Source: an uncultured Actinomycetes bacterium (GTDB lineage: Bacteria > Actinomycetota > Thermoleophilia > Gaiellales > JAICJC01). From it: DNA of 64,000 bases. The notes under the pieces are model-generated. The model worked only from the letters and a program-made list of their open reading frames with translations. It searched no databases and had not been told where the DNA came from. Within the stretch, counting starts at the first letter, position 1, and each line of letters starts with the position of its first letter. This document shows, one piece after another, positions 1 to 9,590 of the stretch. The stretch spans positions 362 through 64,361 of the forward strand of contig CAVSFZ010000013.1 of assembly GCA_963727235.1 (NCBI GenBank). Direction: 5' to 3'. Made by a program: the position numbers and the translations under genes.

Positions 1-882
1 CCGTTCTCCGTGGTCGCACTGCGGGGCTGGAGCCCGGTGACGATCGTCGCCATCCGGTTTGCGATCGCCGCCGCGCTGCTCTCGTGGGTGGGCGTACCGG
101 TGCTTCGCCGCGCGAGCTGGTCGCAGCGGCGGCGGATGGCGGCTCTGGCCTCGATCGGGCTGTGGACGCAGATGGTGTTCGTGTACGAGGGCATCCAAGC
201 CTCGCAGGCTGCGATCGCCGCCGTGATCGTCGGCCTCGAACCGGTGCTGATCGCCGTGTGGGCGGCGCTGCTCCTGGGCGAACGGCTCACCGGCAAACGA
301 GCGGCGGGACTCAGCATCGGACTGGTGGGGGCGCTGCTGGTCGCCGGGGTCGGTACCGACTCACCGCACATTCTGGGATTGGTGTTCCTGCTCGGCATGG
401 GTCTCTGCTGGGGCTGGTACACGGTGGCGGGGAAGGCGCTGATGGTTGAGTTCTCGCCGGTCGAACTGATCGCGGCGGTCAGCATCATGGGCGCGCTGTG
501 GGCGGTCACTCCGGGAGTGATCTCGGCGGTGTGGCTGAACGGCTGGACATCACCCGGCGGCGAGCAGTGGATTGCACTGCTGTACCTGAGCGTGGTCAAC
601 AGCATGCTCGCCTACCTGCTGTGGAACTTCGCGCTGGTGCGGCTGCCGGCGGCGATGGTGGGAACCAGCCTGTACATCCAGCCGATCCTGGGAGCGACGC
701 TGTCCTGGCTGTTTCTGTCGGAGCGACTGCCCGCCACCTTCATCCCCGGCGGGGCGCTGGTGATGACCGCCGTCTGGATTGCAGGACGGCCGGCGGGCGA
801 ACCTGCGGAACGGCAGTTAGAGCACCAGCCCGAAGCAGTCCCTGCGGGGATCGCCGGCGGCGAGCAGCCTCCCATCGTGTGA
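1..882 (+). CDS. EamA/DMT-family transporter, 5' end probably cut by window edge
   Basis: ORF 10..882. Polytopic hydrophobic protein with two EamA-like halves (RFAIAAALL..., LLWNFALVRLPAAMVGTSLYIQP). The frame stays open back to nt 1. The last 66 nt overlap the convergent ggt-like gene. Confidence 0.7.
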   Translation, partial: PFSVVALRGWSPVTIVAIRFAIAAALLSWVGVPVLRRASWSQRRRMAALASIGLWTQMVFVYEGIQASQAAIAAVIVGLEPVLIAVWAALLLGERLTGKRAAGLSIGLVGALLVAGVGTDSPHILGLVFLLGMGLCWGWYTVAGKALMVEFSPVELIAAVSIMGALWAVTPGVISAVWLNGWTSPGGEQWIALLYLSVVNSMLAYLLWNFALVRLPAAMVGTSLYIQPILGATLSWLFLSERLPATFIPGGALVMTAVWIAGRPAGEPAERQLEHQPEAVPAGIAGGEQPPIV

Positions 883-2382
883 CCGCGTGACCGCGTTGGC
901 GCCGCCGAAGTAGAGGTTCAGCCCCTCGAACCGGTTGACGTGCTCGCCTCGCTGCTCCAGCGCCGAGACCGCCTCCGGATCGAGCCCACCCTCGCAGTCG
1001 ATACGGTCGCCCTCCACGTGCACCCGGGGAGCGGCCACCGCTTCGGCCACCGGCATGCCCCGGTCGATGGAGTTCACTATCACCTGGGTGATCGCCGACC
1101 GCAACCGGTTGGAGCCGGACGAGCCCACCACCAGCCGCAGCTCACCGCCTGCGGTCACGATCGTCGGTGCCTGCATGCTGGTGAGCCGCGTGCCGGGGTG
1201 CAGATGCCGTCCCGGAGCGAGATCCTCCTCGCCGATCATGTTGTTCAGATGCAGCCCGGTGCCGGGCACGATCACACCCGAGTGCGACCCGTTGGATGCG
1301 GTGAACGCGGCCGCGTTTCCGTCTCCGTCCACCACCGAGATGTGGGTGGTGCCGCGGTCTGATCGCAGCGCCGGAACCGACTGCGAGATGCCCGCCAGAG
1401 CCGCCGCGACCTGGTCGCGGCCGCGCTGCACGGTTTCCGGGGCGAACACGTACCCGCGCAGCCCGCCGGTGTGCAGCAGATGCTCGAACCGCCGGTCACG
1501 CACCCGCGCGGCAGCGCGCATCGACTCCACCATCAGCGTCAGCCGAGGCTCCCCGTCGCGGTCATTCGCAAACCCGTCAAGCACCGCCAGCACGTAGACG
1601 ATCAGGGCGCCGCCCGATGACGGCGGGGCATTGGTGAGCAGGTCATGACCGCGGAAGCTGCCGGTCAGCGGCCGTCGCCACACCGGCCGTTGGGCGGCCA
1701 GATCGTCCATCGTCAGGCTGCCGCCGGTGGCATGCTGGTGGTCGACCATCGCCCGCGCCAGACTCCCGGTTGCAAACTCCGACGGGCCCGACTCGGCCAG
1801 CAGCTCGATCGAGCCGGCCAGATCGCGTTGACGCACGACGTCCCCCTGACTCACCAGGCGCCCGTCACGCTGGAACACCGCCCGGCCCTCGGGTGTCGAG
1901 GTGACGATCACCTCGATCGCCTTGAACACGGCGTGCTGGCCCTGGTTGAGCGCCACTCCCCGATCCGCCGTCTGCGCCGCCGGCAGCAGCAGGTCGCGCC
2001 AGGGCAGCCGTCCATATCGCCGGTGCAGCGCGTGCAGGCCGGGCACCACTCCGGGCACAGCGCATGTCGCCGGCCCGATGTGGAACACCTGTGTGGTGCG
2101 CGCGTCGAACGGCACCTCGACCGACTCGACCTGACCCAGTCGCCGGTCATCGGGCAGATTGATGCCCGGGATCGAGGTGAAGGCGTCGAGCAGCGCGGGA
2201 CGGCCGCGAACGGGGCGCACCAGGGCAAAGCCGCCGCCGCACGGGCCCGTCAGCGCCGGTTCGGCTGCCCACGACATCGCCGCAGCGGCGACCAGCGCGT
2301 CCACCGCATGACCACCCTGCGCGAGCGCCTCGGCGCCCGCGCGCGCGGTCAGTTCGTGCCCTGCAGCAATCGCGCCTCGCAT
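817..2382 (-). CDS. ggt: gamma-glutamyltranspeptidase (Ntn hydrolase)
   Basis: 521 aa. The nucleophile region DRGTTHISVVDGDGNAAAFTASNG and overall layout are typical of the GGT family. Confidence 0.85.
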   Translation of the reverse strand: MRGAIAAGHELTARAGAEALAQGGHAVDALVAAAAMSWAAEPALTGPCGGGFALVRPVRGRPALLDAFTSIPGINLPDDRRLGQVESVEVPFDARTTQVFHIGPATCAVPGVVPGLHALHRRYGRLPWRDLLLPAAQTADRGVALNQGQHAVFKAIEVIVTSTPEGRAVFQRDGRLVSQGDVVRQRDLAGSIELLAESGPSEFATGSLARAMVDHQHATGGSLTMDDLAAQRPVWRRPLTGSFRGHDLLTNAPPSSGGALIVYVLAVLDGFANDRDGEPRLTLMVESMRAAARVRDRRFEHLLHTGGLRGYVFAPETVQRGRDQVAAALAGISQSVPALRSDRGTTHISVVDGDGNAAAFTASNGSHSGVIVPGTGLHLNNMIGEEDLAPGRHLHPGTRLTSMQAPTIVTAGGELRLVVGSSGSNRLRSAITQVIVNSIDRGMPVAEAVAAPRVHVEGDRIDCEGGLDPEAVSALEQRGEHVNRFEGLNLYFGGANAVTRSHDGRLLAAGDPRRDCFGLVL

Positions 2383-2394
2383 CCAGCGAGGCCC

Positions 2395-3576
2395 CTACGA
2401 GACCAGGAAGTCGGGCGGGTCGAGATCGACGGGCTCAGGCTCCGGCACGGGGGCAAACGACGTGACTCGCTGGGGAGCGCTGCGTTCACCCGGCAGCGGG
2501 AACCCGGTGGCGACCACGGTCACCCACAGCTGGCCCGCCAGACGCTCGTCCACGGTTGCCCCGAAAATGATGTTGGTGTTGTCGTCGGCCGCCGCGCGGA
2601 CGATCTCGGCCGCCTCGTTGACCTCGTGCAGCGACAGGTCTGACCCGCCGCTGATGGCCAGCAGGATGCCCTTGGCGGCGTGCACCTCGTGATCGATCAG
2701 CGGCGACGAGATGGCGCGAGTGGCGGCCTCTGACGCGCGGGTCGAGCCGGTGGCCATGCCGATTCCCATCATCGCGTTGCCGGCATCGCCCATGATCGTG
2801 CGAACGTCGGCGAAGTCGAGGTTGATCAGCCCGGGCAGCGTGATCAGGTCGCAGATCCCCTGCACGCCCTGACGCAGCACGTCGTCTGCGACCTGGAACG
2901 CCTCGACCAGCGGCGTGCCCTTCTCGAGCACCTCCAGCAACCGGTCGTTGGGAATCACGATGACCGTGTCCGAAGCCTCGCGCAGGGCCTGCACTCCGGA
3001 GCCGGCCTGGGCGGCACGGCGGGTTCCCTCGAAGGTGAACGGCGAGGTCACAATCGCAACCGTCAGCGCCCCCACCTCGCGGGCCACACGGGCCACCACG
3101 GGGGCGGCACCGGAACCCGTGCCGCCACCCTCGCCGGCGGTAACGAACACCATGTCGGAGCCGCGCAAGACGGTTTTCAGCCGGTCGTGGGCGTCCTCGG
3201 CGGCCTCCCGGCCCACGTCGGGATCAGCGCCCGACCCGAGCCCCTTTGTGTCTTCCCGGCCGATCTGGATCTTGGTCGGGGCCTCGCACATCTGCAGCTG
3301 CTGGATGTCGGTGTTGAGTGCGATGAACTCCACACCGCCGACACCCGCCTCGATCATCCGGTTGATGGCATTGCAGCCGCCGCCGCCCACGCCCACCACT
3401 CGGATCACCGCGAGGTACGGCGACTCGGCGGCACGCGGAGCCTGGTCGAGACGATCGCCGGACGGCTCCACCATCTGCGGGCGGGTACCCGTCTCGGCGG
3501 CCGCATCGGCCTTGGCGGCGATCTCGGACACGGTCTCGGTCTGCTTGAACAGCTGGGCCAATGGGCCGTCTCGCAT
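2395..3576 (-). CDS. ftsZ: cell division GTPase FtsZ with N-terminal extension
   Basis: Has VIRVVGVGGGGCNAINRM, the tubulin signature GGGTGSGAAP, the T7 loop NLDFADVRT, and a C-terminal DLDPPDFL peptide. I chose ATG 3576 (MRDGPLAQ...), which lies 1 nt after the parA-like stop. In-frame upstream starts exist up to 3621. Confidence 0.9.
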   Translation of the reverse strand: MRDGPLAQLFKQTETVSEIAAKADAAAETGTRPQMVEPSGDRLDQAPRAAESPYLAVIRVVGVGGGGCNAINRMIEAGVGGVEFIALNTDIQQLQMCEAPTKIQIGREDTKGLGSGADPDVGREAAEDAHDRLKTVLRGSDMVFVTAGEGGGTGSGAAPVVARVAREVGALTVAIVTSPFTFEGTRRAAQAGSGVQALREASDTVIVIPNDRLLEVLEKGTPLVEAFQVADDVLRQGVQGICDLITLPGLINLDFADVRTIMGDAGNAMMGIGMATGSTRASEAATRAISSPLIDHEVHAAKGILLAISGGSDLSLHEVNEAAEIVRAAADDNTNIIFGATVDERLAGQLWVTVVATGFPLPGERSAPQRVTSFAPVPEPEPVDLDPPDFLVS

Positions 3577-3577
3577 G

Positions 3578-4417
3578 CTATGCCGCTTTGCCATCGCGCA
3601 GCACCTCCCCAGCCAGGTCACGGTACGCCTTGGCGGCGTTGCCCTTGGAATCGTACTTCAGTACCGACGTGCCTTTCACAGGCGCCTCGGCATACCGCAC
3701 AGTCTTGCGAATCTTGGTCTGGAACACCAGGTCGCCAAAGTTCTCCTCGAGGATCTCGACGGCCTCCTTGGCGTGCAGCGTGCGACCGTCGAACATGGTC
3801 GGCAGGATTCCGCGGATGCGGACGTCGGGATTGAGGTTGTCGCGAATCATGGTGAGGGTGTTCTCGAGCTGGATCAGCCCGCGCAATGACAAATACTCGC
3901 ACTGGACGGGGACGATCACCCCGTCTGCGGCCGTGAGCGCGTTGATCGTGAGCAGTCCGAGCGACGGCGGGGTGTCGATCAGGATGAAGTCGTAGTCCGA
4001 GCGCACCGGCAGCAGCGCCTTTTGCAGAGCGCGTTCACGGCCGATCATCGATGACAGCGCCAGTTCGGCTCCGGCCAGATCGATCGACGACACCGCCAGG
4101 TCGATCTCCTGGTGATGAATCACCTCGATGATCGGCGTCTTGTGCACCAACACGTCAAACATGGAACGGTCGAGGTCGTCGGGGTCGAGCCCCTGACTCA
4201 TGGTCAGGTTGCCCTGGGGGTCGAGATCGATCGCCAAAACCCGCTGGCCACGTTCTGCCAGCGCCACACCCAGATTGAGCGTCGTTGTCGTCTTGGCAAC
4301 GCCGCCCTTCTGGTTTGCGAAGGCGATAACCTGCCCCAAAACAGCTCCTTCTACAGTCGTTGACTCTGCCTCGGAGACAGGCCGTGTCTCCGCAGTATCA
4401 CGCCAAGCGGTATGCAT
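3578..4417 (-). CDS. ParA/Soj-family ATPase (no parB seen in window)
   Basis: Deviant Walker A NQKGGVAKTTT, then LAIDLDPQGN and ILIDTPPSLG. 279 aa. Confidence 0.85.
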   Translation of the reverse strand: MHTAWRDTAETRPVSEAESTTVEGAVLGQVIAFANQKGGVAKTTTTLNLGVALAERGQRVLAIDLDPQGNLTMSQGLDPDDLDRSMFDVLVHKTPIIEVIHHQEIDLAVSSIDLAGAELALSSMIGRERALQKALLPVRSDYDFILIDTPPSLGLLTINALTAADGVIVPVQCEYLSLRGLIQLENTLTMIRDNLNPDVRIRGILPTMFDGRTLHAKEAVEILEENFGDLVFQTKIRKTVRYAEAPVKGTSVLKYDSKGNAAKAYRDLAGEVLRDGKAA

Positions 4418-4443
4418 CGCGTGGTTCTTCGCTCATAAACAGT

Positions 4444-5529
4444 CTATTCCTGCCATCTGCGGGCAGCCTCGATCCGCTCCCGCGGAGTCGGGTGCGAGGC
4501 CGTCAGCAGGTGCCGCAGACGGGGAGGGTCGAGTTCCATCAGGTTCTGCGCCACCAGCCGCTCGAACGCACGGGCGTAGGTCTCTCCCTCGCCGGTGAGC
4601 TCGATCGCGTAGCGGTCGGCGTCCCACTCGCGCCTCCGCGAGTACCAGGCGCCCACCGGCGCGATCAGCGCCGCTGCCGCCGAGAACCCGAGCACCACCG
4701 ACGGCAGGGTGGTCAGATGGCCGACGCCGTCGGGAGCGAGCCACACCACTCCCACCCATGCTCCCAGCATGCCCACCGCAGTGCCCGCCGCCTGGGCCAG
4801 CGTCAGCCTCCAGACGTCGTGGTGAACCCGGTGGCCGAGCTCGTGGGCGAGCACCACCCGGGTGTGGCCGAGCGCCTCAGAATCGGTCGCGTACCCGCTG
4901 TCGGCGGCGAGCGTATCGCCGACGTAGATGCGCACCGTCGGCCCCAGCCCGGCGACCATCGCATTCGCCGCCGAGGTCTTCTCGCCCATCAACAGCAGTC
5001 GCAGCTCCCGAACGGCAACCCCAGCCTGGGCGGCCGTCTGGGTGAGCGCATCGGCCAGCGGACCGGGGTCGAGCGGACGGCTGCGCAGGAAGATCGGCAG
5101 CAGCACGACCGGCCAGGCGGCAGCCAGGATCAGCCCCAACCCGACGGCCAGGAGCCACGCGGGCAGCGGCCACCCGTGCGGCCACTGGCGCTGGCAGGCG
5201 AGCAGGCCGAGCGCCGCCAGCCCTCCCAGCAGATCGGACAGCACGACGCCCTTGAGCCAGTCGGTGATCCACCCGCCGGTCGTCTGCCGGGACAGTCCGT
5301 AGCCGCGGGACAGCCGCTGGCCGAGCAATCCGAACGGCAGCGACACCAACGGCAGCAGCAGACCCAACGCGACCAGACATCCCCACCCGCCGAGGGTTCC
5401 GGCAGCGAGTGTGATCGCAATCAGCGTCAGCAGCGACACGATGCTCGAGACCGTGCCGAGTCTCCGGCGGCGGCGGTTGTACTCCCGCGCAGTCGCTTGC
5501 CGCATCGGGTCGTGAGCCGGCTCGCTCAC
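4444..5529 (-). CDS. M48-family (Ste24/HtpX-like) membrane zinc metalloprotease
   Basis: N-terminal TM helices followed by the HEXXH motif (HELGHRVHHD) and a C-terminal helical region. Confidence 0.7.
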   Translation of the reverse strand: MSEPAHDPMRQATAREYNRRRRRLGTVSSIVSLLTLIAITLAAGTLGGWGCLVALGLLLPLVSLPFGLLGQRLSRGYGLSRQTTGGWITDWLKGVVLSDLLGGLAALGLLACQRQWPHGWPLPAWLLAVGLGLILAAAWPVVLLPIFLRSRPLDPGPLADALTQTAAQAGVAVRELRLLLMGEKTSAANAMVAGLGPTVRIYVGDTLAADSGYATDSEALGHTRVVLAHELGHRVHHDVWRLTLAQAAGTAVGMLGAWVGVVWLAPDGVGHLTTLPSVVLGFSAAAALIAPVGAWYSRRREWDADRYAIELTGEGETYARAFERLVAQNLMELDPPRLRHLLTASHPTPRERIEAARRWQE

Positions 5530-5542
5530 GACCCGACTGTGG

Positions 5543-5902
5543 TTACGTGACCTTGAGCAGGAAGTGCATGGTGGTCGGGTGGATCGAGCAGAACACCGTG
5601 TAGGTGCCCTTCGCCAACGTCACCGTGAGGTTCGCCGACTTGCCTCCGGCCAGGTTCTTGGTGTGTGCTGCGAGCACCGCCCCACTCGTCCCCCTGCGGA
5701 TGTGCATGTTGTGCGCGATCTTGGCGTGGTTGACCACGTGGAATGTGACCGCCCCGTGCTTCACCGTCGAGGTGCTGCGCGTGATCGAAAAGCTCTTGAG
5801 CCCGATGTTGACGGAAGCCGCCGCCCCGGCGCCGGTGCTCGTGAGCGCCAGCACCCCCATCGTCCCGACCACCGCTGCTGTGAGCATCCATCGCGTTTTC
5901 AT
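5543..5902 (-). CDS. secreted cupredoxin-like (type-1 copper) protein
   Basis: 119 aa with a signal peptide (MKTRWMLTAAVVGTMGVLALTSTGAGA). Candidate Cu ligands are the FHVVNH histidines and the C-terminal CSIHPTTM (Cys-x2-His-x3-Met). Confidence 0.65.
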   Translation of the reverse strand: MKTRWMLTAAVVGTMGVLALTSTGAGAAASVNIGLKSFSITRSTSTVKHGAVTFHVVNHAKIAHNMHIRRGTSGAVLAAHTKNLAGGKSANLTVTLAKGTYTVFCSIHPTTMHFLLKVT

Positions 5903-5953
5903 ACCCCGCTGTACGGGGGCTGGGCCAAATCGGATGCCGGGGTGTGGCGGTCA

Positions 5954-8368
5954 TCACACCGGGTCCGGTTCGCCCACCGCCTCTGTCAGCCACACGGGCT
6001 GCTCGGGGTCGGGCTTGCGGCGTGACCGGTGGGCCACGGCCGCGGCTCCCAGCAGCACCGCGATCGCAAGCGCCGAGCCGACCAGCCCGCGCACGATCCA
6101 TGGATCGGTGTACTCCAGCTTGACCACGTGGCGCCCGGCGGGGACGATCACTCCCTGGTCGATGTAGTCGGCCGGCATGACATCGGCGGGCCGACCATCG
6201 ATGGTTGCGTGCCACCCGGAGGCGTAGGGCGTGCGAATCAAGAGCAGCTGCCGACGGGGAGAACGGACCGCCACGGTTGCCGTCTCGGGGCTGGTTGACT
6301 CGTACACGGCCGTGCCCACGCCGCGGCGCTTGCCGGGGTTTCCGGAACCCGAGGGCCCCTCGATCACCACCTGCTTATTGGGTTTGAAGCCCGTGCGCCA
6401 TACGTAGGCCAGGGCCGCATTGGGTTTCCTCACCGACTTCCACGAGCCGAACAGCGACGCCGCCTCGGGCACCGGACGCCGGAAGAGCGAGAATGTGGGA
6501 CCAAAGCGCACGACGTGTTCGCGGGTCTGCGGCTGCCCGCGAGAGGGCCGCAGCACCCACTGCACCCGTAACAGATTCGCGAGGGTGTGCGGAACGCGAG
6601 TGAAGGTCGCGTGTTCGTAGTTGGCCGGCGCGCCTCCCAGCGCCCGCAGGATCACCCAGTAGCGGCGCAGCTCCACCGCCTCGTATCCCCCGGCACTCTG
6701 CGCCCCCGAGAGCAGCGGCCAGTCGAGCAGCCACGCCGGCTCGGTGCCGGGGCCGATCAGCCCGTACGGCTTGCCCGCCCGGGCCGACCCGTTGTTCGAG
6801 ATCACCACCACCCGGCCGGTGCCGGGCTTGGCCAGATACGACTGGAAGATCGAACGATTCAGGATCACCGGGTCGACGTCAGTGGTGCCCCGCGCAGGGG
6901 GCGTCAGGCGCGGCGGCACGGGGCCGACCGCGATCGGCCGCTGGTAGGCGGGCGCAAGCGAGGTGCCGGCGAGCACCAGCTCGACCGCCAAGACACACGG
7001 CACCACCCAGGTCAGCTCGGGCCGCCGGCGGGAGAGCTCCAGAACCGCGAGCCCGATGGCGATGCCCACCGTCGCCACTCCCAGCGCCGGCCAACTGACC
7101 CCCATCACCACCGGCAGGACGATCCACACCCCGACCGCGGCCACCGACGCGGTCCGGCGGGTGGGCAGGTCGACACGTGCCCAGGCGGTCAGCCCGAGCG
7201 CTCCCAGCACCGACAGCGAGAGCACGATCTCGTATCCCAGCCACCAGGGCGCGTGCAGGTAGAGATCCACCGGCAGCAGATCGTCGACGAAGTGCGGCAG
7301 CACGCTGATGAAGGCCGTCAGCGAGGTCACGTACACGAACCCGGTGACGGCCGCAAACGTCCAGGCCAGGCGGCGGTAGCGGCTGCTGAACGCCAGGAAC
7401 ACCGCGATCAGCATGGCTCCGCCGAGGTACGCGCCGGGCGGAGCCGAGAGCTTCAGCGGCCAGCCCCAGCCGGCTCCGAAACCCGGCTGGTACGGCAGGG
7501 GGTCGAACCCGGCGAGCATCCGGCCGAGCGCTCTCAGGGGTCCGTAGCCCATCCCCAGGCTGGTCTCGTCCACGTACGCCAGCCGGGGTGCGAAGTACGC
7601 GAGATTGACCGCCGCCGCCGACACCGCCAGCGTGGCGGCGATCGCCGTCGCCGGGCCTGGTGCGAACCGCCCCTTGCGCACATCGATGATCAGCTTGGTG
7701 GCCACGTAGGCGATGATGCTGACGCTTCCCATCAACAGACCCAATCCGGCGTGCGCGGCTGCGATCTGACCCCACGCGAGGGCGGTCGGCACCATCCACA
7801 CCAGCCGGCGCGCCCAGGTGCGGGCGACCAGCAGCCGGGAGCACGCCAGCAGCGTCAGCACCGTCCAGGCCAGAGATGCCGAGAACGGCAGCGCATCCAC
7901 CAGCGTCGAGCCGGTCATCGTCATCGACAGCGCCAGCCCGCCGCAGCAGGCCGCCCAGCGAGGCAGGCGCTCCACCCGCAGGAGGAAGTACAGGCCGATG
8001 CCGGCGGTCAGCGGCTGCAGCACCAGCATGGCGCGGATCGCGTGGCCCGGGGACAGCAGCACGAACAGCACCGACGGCTCGATGTATCCCCACCCCGACT
8101 GGGCGTCGGACGCAAACGGCGCACCGCCCATGAGATTCGACTGCCACAGGGGGATGTGACCGGCCCGCAATGCCCGACCCAGGTATGTCCACACGGGCAG
8201 CCACAGCGCCAGGGCATCGGCGTTTGCCACCTTTCCGAAGATGACCGTGTCGCGCATCGATGCGAGCACGGCGGCGGTGATCAGGCCGATCGCGGCGAGG
8301 TCCCCGCGTACCGCGGCCCAAATCGCAGCCTGCCGGGTGAGCATTGGCGGTCGATCGGCGGTGACCAT
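5954..8368 (-). CDS. large polytopic membrane protein, YfhO-like (putative glycosyl/lipid-linked sugar transferase)
   Basis: 804 aa with more than 12 hydrophobic segments. The N-terminal GHIPLWQSNLMGGAPFASDAQSGWGY resembles the YfhO-family motif. The C-terminal part is soluble and ends in a final TM. Confidence 0.55.
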   Translation of the reverse strand: MVTADRPPMLTRQAAIWAAVRGDLAAIGLITAAVLASMRDTVIFGKVANADALALWLPVWTYLGRALRAGHIPLWQSNLMGGAPFASDAQSGWGYIEPSVLFVLLSPGHAIRAMLVLQPLTAGIGLYFLLRVERLPRWAACCGGLALSMTMTGSTLVDALPFSASLAWTVLTLLACSRLLVARTWARRLVWMVPTALAWGQIAAAHAGLGLLMGSVSIIAYVATKLIIDVRKGRFAPGPATAIAATLAVSAAAVNLAYFAPRLAYVDETSLGMGYGPLRALGRMLAGFDPLPYQPGFGAGWGWPLKLSAPPGAYLGGAMLIAVFLAFSSRYRRLAWTFAAVTGFVYVTSLTAFISVLPHFVDDLLPVDLYLHAPWWLGYEIVLSLSVLGALGLTAWARVDLPTRRTASVAAVGVWIVLPVVMGVSWPALGVATVGIAIGLAVLELSRRRPELTWVVPCVLAVELVLAGTSLAPAYQRPIAVGPVPPRLTPPARGTTDVDPVILNRSIFQSYLAKPGTGRVVVISNNGSARAGKPYGLIGPGTEPAWLLDWPLLSGAQSAGGYEAVELRRYWVILRALGGAPANYEHATFTRVPHTLANLLRVQWVLRPSRGQPQTREHVVRFGPTFSLFRRPVPEAASLFGSWKSVRKPNAALAYVWRTGFKPNKQVVIEGPSGSGNPGKRRGVGTAVYESTSPETATVAVRSPRRQLLLIRTPYASGWHATIDGRPADVMPADYIDQGVIVPAGRHVVKLEYTDPWIVRGLVGSALAIAVLLGAAAVAHRSRRKPDPEQPVWLTEAVGEPDPV

Positions 8369-8462
8369 GCTCAGTGAACGCTACGGATCGAGTATGTGAT
8401 TGCGATGAGTGAGGCTCGATCGACGGGGCGGGACAGGGGCGTTCCCGAGCATACGCGGATCG

Positions 8463-9590
8463 TCACATGAGATCCCGCAGCAACTCGCGCGCAATTACAA
8501 TTCGCTGGATCTGGTTCGTACCCTCGTAGATCTGCGTGATCTTGGCGTCGCGCATCAGCCGCTCCACTGGAAAGTCCTGCATGTACCCGTATCCGCCGAG
8601 GATCTGGACGGCGTCGGTGGTGACCGCCATGGCGGCGTCCGAGCAGGCCAGCTTGCACATGGCCGAGAGCTTGGTCAGCTGGGGTCCGTCCTCACCCCGG
8701 TCGAGCATCTCCCCGACCCGGTAGAGCAGGCCGCGGCCGGCCTCGACCGCGGTGGCCATATCGGCCAGCATGAACTGGATGCCCTGCTGCTCGGCGATCG
8801 GCTTGCCGAACGCCAGCCGCTCGGTGGCATACCGGCCGGCGTGGTCGAGTGCCGCCTGGGCGATCCCCAGCGCCTGGGCGGCGATCCCGGGCCGCGATCG
8901 ATCCAGCACCCGCATCGCCAGCCGAAATCCCGACCCAGGCTCGCCCACCAGGCGATCGCCGGGGACCCGGCAGGAATCGAGGTGGAGCTCGCCGGTGGTC
9001 GACCCTTTGATTCCCATCTTGGGCTCGATCCGCCCGACTGCGAAGCCGGGATCGTCAGCGTGGACGAGAAACGCCGAGATGCCGTCGCCGGTCTGGGCAA
9101 ACACGGTGTACACGGTGGCGACCCCGGCGTTGGTGATGAACCGCTTGGTACCGTCGATCACCCAGTGGTCGCCGTCGCGGCGGGCGGCGGTGGCGATCGC
9201 CTGGGCATCGGAGCCGGCTCCCGGCTCGGTCAGCGCGTACGCCGCCAGCCACTCGCCGCTGGCAAACCGCGGCAGGTACTCGGCCCGCTGCTGAGCGCTG
9301 CCCGAGAGCAGCACCGGCAGTCCGCCCAGCCCCTGCACCGCCAGGATCAGGCCCACGGAGGCGTCCGCCCACGACAGCTCCTCCACCGCGCGCAGGTGCA
9401 CCAGGGCGCCGGTCCCGGTGCCGCCGTACTCGGCCGGAAACGCCAGTGCGAAGACATCGGCGTCACGCATCAGCTCGACCGCATCCCAGGGGAACTCCGC
9501 GGTGTGATCGACCTCGGCCGCCCGCGGTGCAACCCGCTCCCGCGCCAGCTCGCGCACCGCCTCGATCAGGAGCTCGTGCTCGGCGTTCAA
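8463..9590 (-). CDS. acyl-CoA dehydrogenase
   Basis: 375 aa. Motifs ALTEPGAGSD, GTKRFITNAG and QILGGYGYMQDFPVERLMRDAKITQIYEGTNQIQR. Confidence 0.9.
   Translation of the reverse strand: MNAEHELLIEAVRELARERVAPRAAEVDHTAEFPWDAVELMRDADVFALAFPAEYGGTGTGALVHLRAVEELSWADASVGLILAVQGLGGLPVLLSGSAQQRAEYLPRFASGEWLAAYALTEPGAGSDAQAIATAARRDGDHWVIDGTKRFITNAGVATVYTVFAQTGDGISAFLVHADDPGFAVGRIEPKMGIKGSTTGELHLDSCRVPGDRLVGEPGSGFRLAMRVLDRSRPGIAAQALGIAQAALDHAGRYATERLAFGKPIAEQQGIQFMLADMATAVEAGRGLLYRVGEMLDRGEDGPQLTKLSAMCKLACSDAAMAVTTDAVQILGGYGYMQDFPVERLMRDAKITQIYEGTNQIQRIVIARELLRDLM

Noticed and set aside
817-882. 66-nt convergent overlap of the EamA and ggt coding ends, considered as a possible frameshift or assembly error
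   Set aside because: Both frames read through cleanly. The EamA tail is a low-complexity Pro/Ala/Glu extension that could simply be a late stop. There is no evidence of an error.
6587-8377. 596-aa plus-strand ORF opposite the YfhO-like gene. Similar cases: 4360-5550 (+), 11003-12625 (-), 12441-13712 (-), 40251-41543 (+), 54895-56166 (+), 38374-39540 (-)
   Set aside because: All are antisense to genes with strong motif support. All have R/G/P/H/Q-rich compositions and no recognisable domains. I treat them as GC-driven open frames.
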